From an uncultured Bacillales bacterium (GTDB lineage: Bacteria; Bacillota_I; Bacilli_A; RF39; UBA660): a DNA stretch of 64,000 bases. Made by a program: the position numbers and the translations under genes. Location of the stretch: positions 12,429 to 76,428 of the forward strand of contig CANSPQ010000001.1 in NCBI GenBank assembly GCA_947648915.1. Direction: 5' to 3'. This document shows positions 51,515-62,116 of the stretch, one piece after another (positions within the stretch are counted from its first letter, which is position 1; every line of letters begins with the position of its first letter). The notes under the pieces are model-generated. The model ran no database searches. It was not told where the DNA came from and saw only the letters and a program-made list of their open reading frames with translations.

Positions 51515-53431
51515 CTATTTTAGATTCCAGTTTTTTCTTAAAAATTTGTTTCTTTTTTCTATTTGATTTTTTTGTTGTTTGTTTAAACCATAAGTTTTTT
51601 CATAATAATCATGAATCCTTTTAATTTCCTGCATATGTGCTTCTTTTTTGGTTGTACTCGTTACATTGTCTCCATGAACCCTATAGTAGTTAAGAGTTTT
51701 ACTGGAGTAAGCGATTTTTCCCTTTTGCATAACATTTGCATAAAATACCCAATCTCCGGCCTGTTTGTATTGACTTGATATTTTAAATTCTTTAGAATAA
51801 TCATCTTTTTTGATTAAGGCAGAAGAAACGTTCGCAATTGTGCAGTTTAAGTAAGTATAGTTTGCAAACTCATTTTGTCCTTCATTGATATAATCTTTAT
51901 CCCAGTGACCTGTTTTTTGAACATCAATTTCTGGTACAATAGAAGTAGTAATCTTATTCCCCACCGCATCTATAAATGCAGTATCCGAATAACTTATTAC
52001 AATGTTATCATCCAATAAAATAGGTCGAATCAAATTTTTAAGTAAATTATTGGAACAATAATCATCCGCTTCAGCTATCCAAACATATTTAGATGTAGCT
52101 AAATTAAAACCTTTTTCCCATTGTTTAAATGCAGAACCACTATTTATTTCATTGTAAACTTTTTTAATCGGAATTATATTTTTTAACGTATCTACAATTT
52201 CATCAATTAATTCTCTACTTCCATCTTTAGAACAATCATCTAGAATGATAATTTCGCTAATCTTTTCTTTCTGATATAGAATGCTATAAAGTCTTTGATA
52301 TAAAAACCTCTTATAATTATAATTGGGAATTACTACAGATATAGACACTTTTCCTCTTCTCTTAGACTGTTTTATAGCCATTTTTTTTAAATCGTTCATA
52401 TCTGCATCCAATTTAATTCCCCTTGGTTTCAGTAGCTTTCTTGCTACATCATATACCAACATAAAGAAATCAGTTAATAGGTATAAATGACTACAGTTCA
52501 ATTTAAAAATGATTTTATAGTATAAAGCATGTTTTTTCCCCTGCTGTTCTAAAAACTGCCAAAAATATATATTCTGTCTGATTTCATATTTTTGTGATAA
52601 TCTATCAAATTTTCTTAATATTTGATACCTTCTTATAAGATTCTTTTCTTTTGGAATTACATAAATCAATAATACAATAAGTTGTTCATAAATAATTGCT
52701 TGTGATATTTTATCATAATTTTTGCATTTTTTTATTCTCTCGAGTGTCAATTCAACACCATAAAAAATATCAAATCTTTTGTCAGAAAAACCAGAGTTTT
52801 GTATAGAGCCCCCTCTTTGAACATAATAGTAATAGTTATCAGGTACATATACTATTTTATTCGCTTCTACAATTGAGGGGATAATAACGGCTAAATCTTC
52901 ATTTAGTTTTCCTTCTGCAAATCGATATTTTGAAATAATTTCTTTTTTAAACACTTTGTTACAAGCAGAGGCTGCTAACCCATTTTTAATAAAGTTTAAC
53001 TTAGTAAGTTCCCCATCGCAACCCTTCGTAATATGGTCAGGGTAACTGGAATCTTCATATACAATTTTCATATCAGTGATTGCCATATCAGCATTTTCAC
53101 TGACAATTTTTTCCATTATATTTTCATAATAAGTAGAATCTATGTAATCATCAGAATCTATATATCCAATATAATCACCCGTTGCATGATCAAGTCCAGT
53201 ATTTCTAGAATAGGATAGCCCACGATTCTTTTCGTTTTCAACTAAAACTATGTTGCTATATTTTTTTGCATATTGTTTTAATATTCTTAGACTATTATCG
53301 GTGGAACAATCATTTATTACTATTAATTCAATATTTTTATATGTCTGATTTAATAAGCTTTCCAAACATTTTTCAAGATATTTTTCCGTATTATATACAG
53401 CTACGATAACAGATAATTTTTTATTTTTCAC
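51515..53431 (-). CDS. Bifunctional glycosyltransferase with two GT2 domains
   Basis: 638 aa. N-terminal GT2 (LSVIVAVYNTEKYL...INDCSTDNS...DSDD). Second GT2 (ISVVIPNYNYKRFL...LDDCSKDGS...EADD). Confidence 0.6.
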   Translation of the reverse strand: MKNKKLSVIVAVYNTEKYLEKCLESLLNQTYKNIELIVINDCSTDNSLRILKQYAKKYSNIVLVENEKNRGLSYSRNTGLDHATGDYIGYIDSDDYIDSTYYENIMEKIVSENADMAITDMKIVYEDSSYPDHITKGCDGELTKLNFIKNGLAASACNKVFKKEIISKYRFAEGKLNEDLAVIIPSIVEANKIVYVPDNYYYYVQRGGSIQNSGFSDKRFDIFYGVELTLERIKKCKNYDKISQAIIYEQLIVLLIYVIPKEKNLIRRYQILRKFDRLSQKYEIRQNIYFWQFLEQQGKKHALYYKIIFKLNCSHLYLLTDFFMLVYDVARKLLKPRGIKLDADMNDLKKMAIKQSKRRGKVSISVVIPNYNYKRFLYQRLYSILYQKEKISEIIILDDCSKDGSRELIDEIVDTLKNIIPIKKVYNEINSGSAFKQWEKGFNLATSKYVWIAEADDYCSNNLLKNLIRPILLDDNIVISYSDTAFIDAVGNKITTSIVPEIDVQKTGHWDKDYINEGQNEFANYTYLNCTIANVSSALIKKDDYSKEFKISSQYKQAGDWVFYANVMQKGKIAYSSKTLNYYRVHGDNVTSTTKKEAHMQEIKRIHDYYEKTYGLNKQQKNQIEKRNKFLRKNWNLK

Positions 53432-54294
53432 TTGGTATTCCTACTTTCATATTGATTCATTTCTTTTTCTAATAATATTAATGATTTCAAAATTTCTTTA
53501 TTTTTAAAGATTAGTTTTGAATATTGTTTCTTTTGATATTGATAATCTAATGATGCCCCTTCTTTATGAAACACTTCAATACTTGGTTCATAAACAGAAA
53601 TTAAATGATCATTTAAAATTCTTTGATATAAAAATTCTTCTTCATGATACAAAAATGTTTCATTATAAAATACATCTTCATATTGCTCATAATAATGTTT
53701 TGAAAATATAATAAAACATCCATGTAAAGCAGCCTGATATTCTGTTTTACTTCCATTGGTTACAAAATGTTCTATTTTTAATATAGACTTTATTTTCAAA
53801 TAATATTTGAGTAAATTTCGTAATAACAAATTTTCATATATTTTAATTAGTTTTTTGGTCTTTTGAATTTGGTTTCTTACTTCCTCTTTGGTTTTATATA
53901 CCGGAAATGGATTTACTGATTGCCCACCATTGGTATTTATTTTAGGCCCTAGCAAATCAAAATGAGTATTTGATTCCGCTTCATATATTTTCGTAACGAA
54001 ATCAGGATCTTCTATCACAATATCATTATTACTTACTACTATAAAATCCGGCGCAAATTTTTCAATCGCGTATTTACAACCAATATTGTTTGCTTTTGCA
54101 AAACCAAGATTATTATCTAATAAGATGAGATGAATCCCATAATTTTCTAGTTTCTTTGCATCCTGCTCATTCAATGTATGATTATCTACTACTATAATTT
54201 GGATTTTTTTATCGGTCTTTAATCTTGTAATTGATTCTATACATTCGATTGTATCTTTTAGATTGTTATAATGTAATATAATAAACGCTATCAT
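53428..54294 (-). CDS. GT2-family glycosyltransferase
   Basis: 288 aa. IAFIILHYNNLKDT...VVDNHT...SNNDI motif. Confidence 0.55.
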   Translation of the reverse strand: MIAFIILHYNNLKDTIECIESITRLKTDKKIQIIVVDNHTLNEQDAKKLENYGIHLILLDNNLGFAKANNIGCKYAIEKFAPDFIVVSNNDIVIEDPDFVTKIYEAESNTHFDLLGPKINTNGGQSVNPFPVYKTKEEVRNQIQKTKKLIKIYENLLLRNLLKYYLKIKSILKIEHFVTNGSKTEYQAALHGCFIIFSKHYYEQYEDVFYNETFLYHEEEFLYQRILNDHLISVYEPSIEVFHKEGASLDYQYQKKQYSKLIFKNKEILKSLILLEKEMNQYESRNTK

Positions 54295-55079
54295 TAAACT
54301 TCCTCTGCAAAACCACGTTCTAGTTTTCTAAATATTTGAATACCTAGTAATAAAACAATAAATCCTATGGCTAATACTAAAAATAACATTTTCAAATCAG
54401 GCATAACTTGATGAAATAAAATATCTCTGTACCCATTGATAATCGTTGCAAGAGGATTACACTTAATTAATAATTCAAATTTTGTTCCTGCAAAAACATC
54501 TGGTGAATATAAAATAGGAGTAGCATAAAATAACATGTTAACAATAAAGTTAATAATATATTCTGCATCCCTAATATATACATTAATCGCGCTGGTAATA
54601 AATACGATACCTAAGGTAATTATGTATTGTACTAGAATCACGAGTGGCAAATAGATGAGATATCCACTAAAGCCAATACCACTAAAAATTAGAAACGCAA
54701 AAATAATCAGACAGGAAATTAAAAAATTGATTAATCCACTTGTCACAACAGATATCGGTAATATTTCTCTTGGAAAATAAACCTTTTTGATAATTCCCGA
54801 ATTTCCTATAATCGTGAAGGTTCCTTGACCTAAAGAGGTTGTAAACCATGTCCATGGTAAAATTCCGATAATTAAAAAGACAACATAATTTGGTTCTGGA
54901 CTTTTTAAAATCAGTGGAAATACAATTGCATATACAAGTACTTGTAATAACGGATTGACAAATGACCATAAAATTCCTAAAAAAGAACCCTTGTACTTTC
55001 CCCTGATTTCTTTTTTGACATTGCTCTTTAATAATTCTCGATATTGATATAAATTTTTAAACATAGATATCACCCACAA
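54294..55079 (-). CDS. ABC-2 type polysaccharide/teichoic-acid export permease (Wzm/TagG-like)
   Basis: 261 aa, 6 TM. The N-terminus (YRELLKSNVKKEIRGKYKGSFLGILWSFVNPL) is typical of TagG/Wzm. Confidence 0.65.
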   Translation of the reverse strand: MWVISMFKNLYQYRELLKSNVKKEIRGKYKGSFLGILWSFVNPLLQVLVYAIVFPLILKSPEPNYVVFLIIGILPWTWFTTSLGQGTFTIIGNSGIIKKVYFPREILPISVVTSGLINFLISCLIIFAFLIFSGIGFSGYLIYLPLVILVQYIITLGIVFITSAINVYIRDAEYIINFIVNMLFYATPILYSPDVFAGTKFELLIKCNPLATIINGYRDILFHQVMPDLKMLFLVLAIGFIVLLLGIQIFRKLERGFAEEV

Positions 55080-55807
55080 ACCTTAATATATTCTTCCACA
55101 ACTTCATCTACATTTCCATCCATGTTTACTTTACCGTCATAAATCCAAATCGCACGGTTACACAATTGTTTGATAGATTCTAAAGCATGACTCACAATGA
55201 CAATTGTTTTATCACTGTCTTTTAATTCTTGTAATTTTGCAAAACATTTATCTTGAAAATGTTGATCTCCCACTGCTAATATCTCATCAATTAATAGAAT
55301 CTCCGCATCTACATTGATGGCAACAGAAAAGGCAAGCCGCATGTACATACCTGAAGAATAAGTACGAACTGGACTATCAATAAATTCTTCCAATTCTGAA
55401 AAGGCAATAATATCATCAATTCTTCTGTCAATTTCTTTTCTCGTTAATCCAAATATAGATGCATTAAAATAGATATTTTCTCTTCCTGTAAAATCAGGAT
55501 GGAACCCTGCTCCTAACTCAAGCAAAGAGGTTAATTTCCCATGGGTCGTAATTTTTCCCTTAGTTGGATAAATAATTTTTGTCATTAATTTTAACAAAGT
55601 ACTTTTACCACTACCATTGGTTCCAATTAAAGCAACTGTTTCTCCTTTTTTGATTTTAAGATTGATACTATCTAATACTTTTCTACTTTCACTTTTCTTT
55701 TTATTCCAAAAAACAAGTCTTTCTTTTAGCGTACTTGGTTTATCATAAAATACTTTAAATGCTTTGGTCATATTTTCTACATCAATTGCGATATCCTGTT
55801 TTGCCAT
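55070..55807 (-). CDS. ABC transporter ATP-binding protein for polysaccharide export (Wzt/TagH-like, no C-terminal CBM)
   Basis: Walker A GTNGSGKST. Signature SSGMYMRLAFS. Walker B LLIDEILAVGD. Start MAKQ follows GGAGG. The ORF-track ATG lies inside the RBS. Confidence 0.65.
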   Translation of the reverse strand: MAKQDIAIDVENMTKAFKVFYDKPSTLKERLVFWNKKKSESRKVLDSINLKIKKGETVALIGTNGSGKSTLLKLMTKIIYPTKGKITTHGKLTSLLELGAGFHPDFTGRENIYFNASIFGLTRKEIDRRIDDIIAFSELEEFIDSPVRTYSSGMYMRLAFSVAINVDAEILLIDEILAVGDQHFQDKCFAKLQELKDSDKTIVIVSHALESIKQLCNRAIWIYDGKVNMDGNVDEVVEEYIKVCG

Positions 55808-55874
55808 AACTACCTCCATAACATACTCATTATTATTATAACATAAAAAGCCATAATATATATGACTTTTTGTC

Positions 55875-56714
55875 TTAATGCTTTCTTATTTTTAAGAAAC
55901 ATGTAAATAGAAAAAACAAAATCTTCATTGTGATACGATTGAAAATACCTGCACGATTATATTTGGCTTGAAAATAATACTGACTTCTTTTTAAATTTTT
56001 GTATTTTTGGACACTGGTATGAACCTTATCAATGGTAATAGAATGATTATGAAAAACTTCTACATTTCCATTTATCACTACTTTTTTATGTATTTGTTGT
56101 AGTTTTTTCGATAACACATTCTCTTCATAATATAAAAATAAGTTTTCATCAAAATAATCAACTGCTTTTAAATCAGCACCTCTTACCAAAAAGAAACTAC
56201 CTGATACCACTTCTACTTCTACAATATTATTTTTGACCTGTTCTAACGTATAATGCATTTTTCTTTGATATTTTTTATAAATGACCGGTAAACTGAGTAA
56301 AATATCTTGCCAAGGAGAAGGTATTTTCCATCCACAATTATACCCCGTATGTTCCCTCATAATGGGAGCAACTACTGCAGTATCTGTATCAAATGTATCC
56401 ATTAAAATTTGAATGTCCTGCTCGCAATCAATTACAATATCGGTATTGCTCATAATAATGATACAATCTTCGTATAGTGTATTCAAATACCTTGCACCGA
56501 TATTTAATCCAGCTCCATAACCACCATTATGGGCACTCTCTAACACAACTATTTTTTCATTCGCAAGTTCTTTTATTTTTGATAAAGAGTCATCCGTTGA
56601 ATGATTGTCCACAATGACAATTCGATCTAATAAAGAATAGGACTGTACTTGATCTACCATTTTTTTGATATTCTCATAGTCATTATAATTGACCATTACA
56701 AATCCTGTTTTCAT
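55875..56714 (-). CDS. GT2-family glycosyltransferase
   Basis: 279 aa. FVMVNYNDYEN...VDNHSTDDS motif. Confidence 0.55.
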   Translation of the reverse strand: MKTGFVMVNYNDYENIKKMVDQVQSYSLLDRIVIVDNHSTDDSLSKIKELANEKIVVLESAHNGGYGAGLNIGARYLNTLYEDCIIIMSNTDIVIDCEQDIQILMDTFDTDTAVVAPIMREHTGYNCGWKIPSPWQDILLSLPVIYKKYQRKMHYTLEQVKNNIVEVEVVSGSFFLVRGADLKAVDYFDENLFLYYEENVLSKKLQQIHKKVVINGNVEVFHNHSITIDKVHTSVQKYKNLKRSQYYFQAKYNRAGIFNRITMKILFFLFTCFLKIRKH

Positions 56715-57993
56715 TCAAATTGCCCCCTTCCAAATATCCAACCAAGATGTAAGCCGCCAATATACTAACAGATGGTGCTGTAATAATGTGCCCTGAGAAT
56801 AAAGCAAGTAATAAAATGAGTAGAATACTAACAATGTAATCTAGTTTAAAGTCATATTTTATTCTCTTTACAATTAAAATCAAAATCCATAGAAAAGGGA
56901 TAAAATAGATCACACCACCGATAATGCCATGTCTTAGCATAATATCATAATAATCCATTTCAATTAATTTTACATTCACATCATCTGTCCCATAGTTTTC
57001 AATATACCCAATTCCGAATAGTTTTTGACTCCAAGGCGCTTTTTTATAATTGTCAAATGACTGACTGAAAAAGCGAACCCGTTCACTAAATACAAAATGG
57101 TCTATTTTTTGAATTGTAAACAGATCGGATACAGAATGAATTTCCAAAAACTCTAAATGAATTTTTATATTCTTATAAAAAGATGTCTTTGGTACCATTA
57201 AAATCAAAGAAGTAAGCCCCACTACCAGTAGAATACCAAGATAAGATAATTGTTTCCATTTATGGCTTTGTATCATTTGTATCAGATAAGAGATTCCAAA
57301 AATAACGATGGTAATGAGTACACTTAAAATAGGTACTTTTGTTCCAATCGCAAAATAAACTACCATTAGAATAACCATTCCAACAAATAAAATCCACTTT
57401 TTCTGTTTCAAAAAATAATAAAATAAAAATGGAAATAGAATTGAAAGAATTCCACCAATTTCATTTGTAGAATAAAACCATCCAATCGTACCTGTCTTAC
57501 TATAGGCATAACTATCAAAACCAGTATGGGTCAAAAGAGGAAGCAATATCAAACCAAGATAAAATAGTAAGATAGCACATAGATACTTTGAATGAACCTG
57601 CAATCTTTTTTCCAAATGTAAATTGTAAAGTGCCAATAGCGTAAGTGGAAAGAAGAAACTCCTTACCATAGATTGACATTCATAAAAGAATACATCTAAT
57701 CCTTTTAGCAATATTGTCTGTACGACAAAGATAACCATATAAGTGATAATCGCACATGTTACTACTATAATCGGTTTTTTATACCGACATTTACTGATAA
57801 AAAACAGATCATATAACAATAAACCCAAAAATAAAATTTTAATCACAATAATACCTGTAAACTGAATGTGTAATAAATGAAGAGAAAGTGCAGTCGCACA
57901 ATCAAAAATTGGTCCCAACAATAGAAACCATACAATGATTGTTTCAATATGATTACAAATCCATTCATTTACTCTTTTCATAATATCATCCAC
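56683..57993 (-). CDS. Polytopic membrane protein, O-antigen ligase/polymerase (Wzy/WaaL)-like
   Basis: 436 aa. About 10-12 TM with one larger loop. Lies in a glycan locus. Assigned mainly on topology and context. Confidence 0.4.
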   Translation of the reverse strand: MDDIMKRVNEWICNHIETIIVWFLLLGPIFDCATALSLHLLHIQFTGIIVIKILFLGLLLYDLFFISKCRYKKPIIVVTCAIITYMVIFVVQTILLKGLDVFFYECQSMVRSFFFPLTLLALYNLHLEKRLQVHSKYLCAILLFYLGLILLPLLTHTGFDSYAYSKTGTIGWFYSTNEIGGILSILFPFLFYYFLKQKKWILFVGMVILMVVYFAIGTKVPILSVLITIVIFGISYLIQMIQSHKWKQLSYLGILLVVGLTSLILMVPKTSFYKNIKIHLEFLEIHSVSDLFTIQKIDHFVFSERVRFFSQSFDNYKKAPWSQKLFGIGYIENYGTDDVNVKLIEMDYYDIMLRHGIIGGVIYFIPFLWILILIVKRIKYDFKLDYIVSILLILLLALFSGHIITAPSVSILAAYILVGYLEGGNLNENRICNGQL

Positions 57994-58059
57994 TCTATTT
58001 ATCTTTCATTCATTATATCAAAATTAAAATACGAGAAAAAGTATCTTTCGATACTTTCC

Positions 58060-59727
58060 TTACCTTTTTTTCTTTTTCGAGATAGATTCAATGGTTCCAC
58101 GTTCTATTTTGATTACTTGTGAAACAAGATTGATACATTCTTCACTCGCTGAAAAAATGAGAATTGTCCTTTTTCCATATAGTTTATCAAGCGCATGTTT
58201 AATACTATCTTTCTCAGTTTTTGATAATGCGATAGGAAATTCGTACAAAATGATAATCTCACTATTCGTTAACAATGTTCGGGCAAGACCAACCAAATAT
58301 TTTTTTCCCTCTGGTAAATTGGTGATATCCGTACGATATTTTTTGGGTAAGGTAAGTATATAATCATCTAGCTCTAACATTTTACATACTTCTTTTATCT
58401 TTTGTTTATCACGACATACCATTTCTAAATTCTTCATAATACTTCCATGGAAGAAATAAGGCCTTGTTGTTAAATAATTCACATTGGTTTTATGCACTTT
58501 TTCTGTATAATCCCAGATATTAATACCATCTACATAAATATCTCCCCGATCCTGTTTCATCTCTCTTCTGAGTAAATTGAAAATCGTACGTTTTCCACAA
58601 TTTCTTTGTCCTAAAAATAAGACCGTTTCATTTTCAGGAATATGGAAGGAGATATCTTTAATACGACTATTATGCTCTTCCTGACTGGTACTATTATAAC
58701 TTACATTCTTAAAGTCAATATTACCTAAAATATCATCGGTTTTATTGTTTCCAAACTCCAGTAATTCTTTCTCTGTAAAATTTAAAATAATCGATACACG
58801 ATTGGTAGAAATATTTGCTTTTTTAATTTCTGTTAAAATGGTCATGAAGTCATTGGCTACTTCAATTCCTGAACTTAAATAAGGAACAATTAAGAAATAT
58901 AACGTTAAAGATACTTGCCCTTTTGATACCATATAAACAATAAAGATGGTCATCGCATAGATTACAAATTGATAAAAGACATGAAAATATTGATCTAAGA
59001 AACAATAGTCTATATTCCACTGATTTTTCTCTTTGATATATCCGTTACAACTATTTAAAAATTTTCGTTTGACTTGTCCTGTTACATTTAAATCCTTCAT
59101 AATATCTTTGGAATCCATTACTTCAGAAAAACTTTCATATTGTACATCGTGAGCTTCGGAAATTCGCTTATTCGATTTGGCAATCCGATTATTAATCCAA
59201 TTGAGGATAAAAAAATTCAAAATGTCCACTAGAATAATGACACAAGCAACTGGAATATTAATTAAGAAAATAGCGCCGATTGTTAAGATAAGTCGCAATA
59301 ATCTTGCAGTTCGGGTTGCAAGTAAATCCGCAAAATTTGCCACATTATATACATCATTATGAATAATATTAATCAATTTTTCTTTCGAATTTTTTTCAAA
59401 GTTCACATTCTTGGCATTGGCGATTTTATCAAAGATTTTCTCTTCCAAATTCATATAAGTATGTCTGAGTAACTTATAATAAATACGATAATTGATATCC
59501 CAAAACCCTTTACGTAACACAATAAATAAAAAACCAATTGTTAAAAATAAATATACCAAATTATATTTTCCGAGGTTAATATTGGTAATCACATTGGCCG
59601 CAAAAATAGGTTCAATAATACTACAAATAGATGCCCCTAAAACTGTGATAAAGGCAATAAAAAAATATTTCTTGCTGGGTTTGGCAACACGATACCAATT
59701 TAAAAACATGCGAATATTTTCTCTCAT
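58060..59727 (-). CDS. ABC exporter-like half-transporter with degenerate nucleotide-binding motifs
   Basis: 555 aa. TMD then NBD. Walker A is altered (GQRNCGKRT). No LSGGQ signature is present (NLPEGKKYLVGLARTLL). The Walker B Asp is lost (IIILYEF). Paralogous to 43401..45119. Confidence 0.5.
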   Translation of the reverse strand: MRENIRMFLNWYRVAKPSKKYFFIAFITVLGASICSIIEPIFAANVITNINLGKYNLVYLFLTIGFLFIVLRKGFWDINYRIYYKLLRHTYMNLEEKIFDKIANAKNVNFEKNSKEKLINIIHNDVYNVANFADLLATRTARLLRLILTIGAIFLINIPVACVIILVDILNFFILNWINNRIAKSNKRISEAHDVQYESFSEVMDSKDIMKDLNVTGQVKRKFLNSCNGYIKEKNQWNIDYCFLDQYFHVFYQFVIYAMTIFIVYMVSKGQVSLTLYFLIVPYLSSGIEVANDFMTILTEIKKANISTNRVSIILNFTEKELLEFGNNKTDDILGNIDFKNVSYNSTSQEEHNSRIKDISFHIPENETVLFLGQRNCGKRTIFNLLRREMKQDRGDIYVDGINIWDYTEKVHKTNVNYLTTRPYFFHGSIMKNLEMVCRDKQKIKEVCKMLELDDYILTLPKKYRTDITNLPEGKKYLVGLARTLLTNSEIIILYEFPIALSKTEKDSIKHALDKLYGKRTILIFSASEECINLVSQVIKIERGTIESISKKKKR

Positions 59728-59828
59728 TAAACCACTCCTATAATCAGTATAGCATAACTTGATTCTATTTTTTGGATAGAAATTCTAAACTTGACACTTG
59801 TATACAAAAAATACGGAAATCATCCGTA

Positions 59829-61307
59829 TCATGCTTTTCTTTCATATAAGAAATAGGTCATCATTCGTGTTTGATACCTTTGGGTATAAGAATCAATCAG
59901 TTTATAATCTTTAGAGAAAGTTGGTAACCCTACTGGATTTTCCTTTTGAATCACGACAAAATGAGGTTTCTTCTTTCGAATATACGATTTTTGTTCATCC
60001 ATCATTTCTGGATATCTTTCATAATCAATGTTATTTTTCATGAAATAGTAATATTCTGGAATAATACCAGTTGTTGTATAGAAACCACCATCCAAAAAGC
60101 CATAATTGAGTAATGTTTTATCCTCACTTTTTTCTATGATTTCTGCAAATCGATATTGTGCATAGTCCTCTTTCTTCCATTTCACCATTCTCGTATTTCC
60201 ACATATGGTATAAAGTGCCAGAAAACTAAAGAAAATACACCAAGCATTAGATATGTTCCATTCCTGTTTTGATGTATAAGATAATAGTTCCAAAAATCCG
60301 ATTAATATAAAAGGTGTCAAAACAAATGGATAGTAATGAAAACTAGTCCCACCAATATATATAAAGATTCCAGTTGTTAACATACAGGTAAATAAAGTTA
60401 AATTAGCGCCCTTTTTACCCCACATATCCCCTTTTTGAAATAATAGGAAAAATCCAATTACAATTCCAAAAAAGGTTGGTAAACTTCCAAATAAATTGTG
60501 AAATAATAATGAGAATGTTTCCACAATTTTATCTATAAAAGTCCCTGCACTAGAATAAGCATTCATATTGACTACAAAGTAAACATTCCATAAGTCACCT
60601 AAAGCATTATGGATTCCAAAATAAATCATCCAAGGAATTGTTGCGAGTAACATACCAAATAGATAAATAAAACAATTTTGAAATGCTACTTTGTATTGTT
60701 TGTTATAACATTGCAGTATAAATACGCACATCATCCAACCAAACCAGAATCCTAATAAGGTATACTTCATCCATAAGATACAACCTGCGAGTATACCTGT
60801 TAATAAAACTGTCTTTCTAGAAATCATAACATCTTTATCTTTTAAATAAGCAATCAAATGATAAAAAGAAATCATAAAAAGAGATAAACTAAATTCTTCT
60901 ACACTACCACCATGACTAAAAGAGCCTAGGGTTACAATACACAATGTAAAAATCGGTATTACAAAATATGCCTTTTTTGCTTCAAAAAATAAAGTAATAA
61001 TTTTATAAGTGTAGTAAAGGAATATAGAAAAGGAGATTACTTCTAGTAGAAATACACCTATAAAACTTTTGTAACTAATAAGGGAGCCAATTCCATAGAT
61101 AAGATATAAAAGAGGGCCTTTTTGTTCAAATAATGACTGATAAGGAACAACCCCTCTTACCATTCCCTTTCCTACTGTAAAAAAGGCATTGGCGTCTACC
61201 CAGTCATTGATACGATATAAGAATGAATTTTTACTACAAACCATTAGAAATAAAAAGGCAATTCCAAGACAATATAAATAAGGTTTTATCCATTTTTTAT
61301 TTTTCAT
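59829..61307 (-). CDS. GT-C-fold membrane glycosyltransferase (ArnT/PMT/YkcB-like)
   Basis: About 492 aa, polytopic. N-terminal loop carries DWVDANAFFTVGKGMVRGVVPY (Asp-containing first loop). Likely start MKNKKW. Confidence 0.45.
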   Translation of the reverse strand: MKNKKWIKPYLYCLGIAFLFLMVCSKNSFLYRINDWVDANAFFTVGKGMVRGVVPYQSLFEQKGPLLYLIYGIGSLISYKSFIGVFLLEVISFSIFLYYTYKIITLFFEAKKAYFVIPIFTLCIVTLGSFSHGGSVEEFSLSLFMISFYHLIAYLKDKDVMISRKTVLLTGILAGCILWMKYTLLGFWFGWMMCVFILQCYNKQYKVAFQNCFIYLFGMLLATIPWMIYFGIHNALGDLWNVYFVVNMNAYSSAGTFIDKIVETFSLLFHNLFGSLPTFFGIVIGFFLLFQKGDMWGKKGANLTLFTCMLTTGIFIYIGGTSFHYYPFVLTPFILIGFLELLSYTSKQEWNISNAWCIFFSFLALYTICGNTRMVKWKKEDYAQYRFAEIIEKSEDKTLLNYGFLDGGFYTTTGIIPEYYYFMKNNIDYERYPEMMDEQKSYIRKKKPHFVVIQKENPVGLPTFSKDYKLIDSYTQRYQTRMMTYFLYERKA

Positions 61308-61444
61308 ACACTTCACCACTTATACTTATTTTACCATGTTTTTGATAAAATAAATGACGAATTTGTAATATATTTATCATATCTGTAAGGCAAATGTATA
61401 CAATTTTAGATGTTTAGTGATTGTATTTTACGATACTTAAATGT

Positions 61445-62116
61445 TCATTTGGTTTTTTTACTATAATAAGCTTTTGTTTTTTCAAATAACTCTGGAGCAA
61501 ATTCATTTAGTAATTGCCAATTATGAATCAAATTTAGAATAAAGCTTCTTTCATAATTTTCCAACATATATTTCCCCATTAAAAAGGCAGTCGCATATTT
61601 ATTTGATGCATTCGGAAAATTTGATTTCAACTCCTCATAAGTACAAGTGATAGAAGTTCCACTATAATCTTGTCCTGACAGATTGGTTGCTAGTGCTTCT
61701 GAAAACCATATATGTCCATGTGAATTATTCTCTCCTAATGATTCATGATGACATATATGTACAAATTCATGCAAAATACTTTTTGCCTGATCCTCTAAAG
61801 TATGATTTTTATGAGATTCCAATTTATGGCATTCTTTAAGTGCTAGTATGTTAATGTTATCATCTAGGGTATCCCCAATCATCCATTCATGGTATGTATT
61901 TCCGTTTTGTTCTAACAAAGGCATCAAATGTTCCTTATAGCCATGGATTGAATCATAGATTTTTACAACTATTTTTCTACTAAGACGTTTTAATTCAAAA
62001 AATTCCATAATATCCTTTGATTTTTGTTCTAATGTAATAATCAAATAGCGTATATTTACATCATTAGAATTATAATAAATAATAAATTGATCATTTTCAT
62101 ATCGCATTTTTATCAC
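61445..62116 (-). CDS. Putative HExxH zinc metallopeptidase (ImmA/IrrE-like?)
   Basis: 223 aa. ILHEFVHICHHE motif. Lies next to the Fic/repeat element. Confidence 0.35.
   Translation of the reverse strand: MIKMRYENDQFIIYYNSNDVNIRYLIITLEQKSKDIMEFFELKRLSRKIVVKIYDSIHGYKEHLMPLLEQNGNTYHEWMIGDTLDDNINILALKECHKLESHKNHTLEDQAKSILHEFVHICHHESLGENNSHGHIWFSEALATNLSGQDYSGTSITCTYEELKSNFPNASNKYATAFLMGKYMLENYERSFILNLIHNWQLLNEFAPELFEKTKAYYSKKTK

Noticed and set aside
58091-59743. Plus-strand ORFs (90, 61, 83 aa) within the degenerate ABC gene
   Set aside because: They are antisense to a 555-aa ORF with exporter TMD/NBD architecture. No RBS is present.
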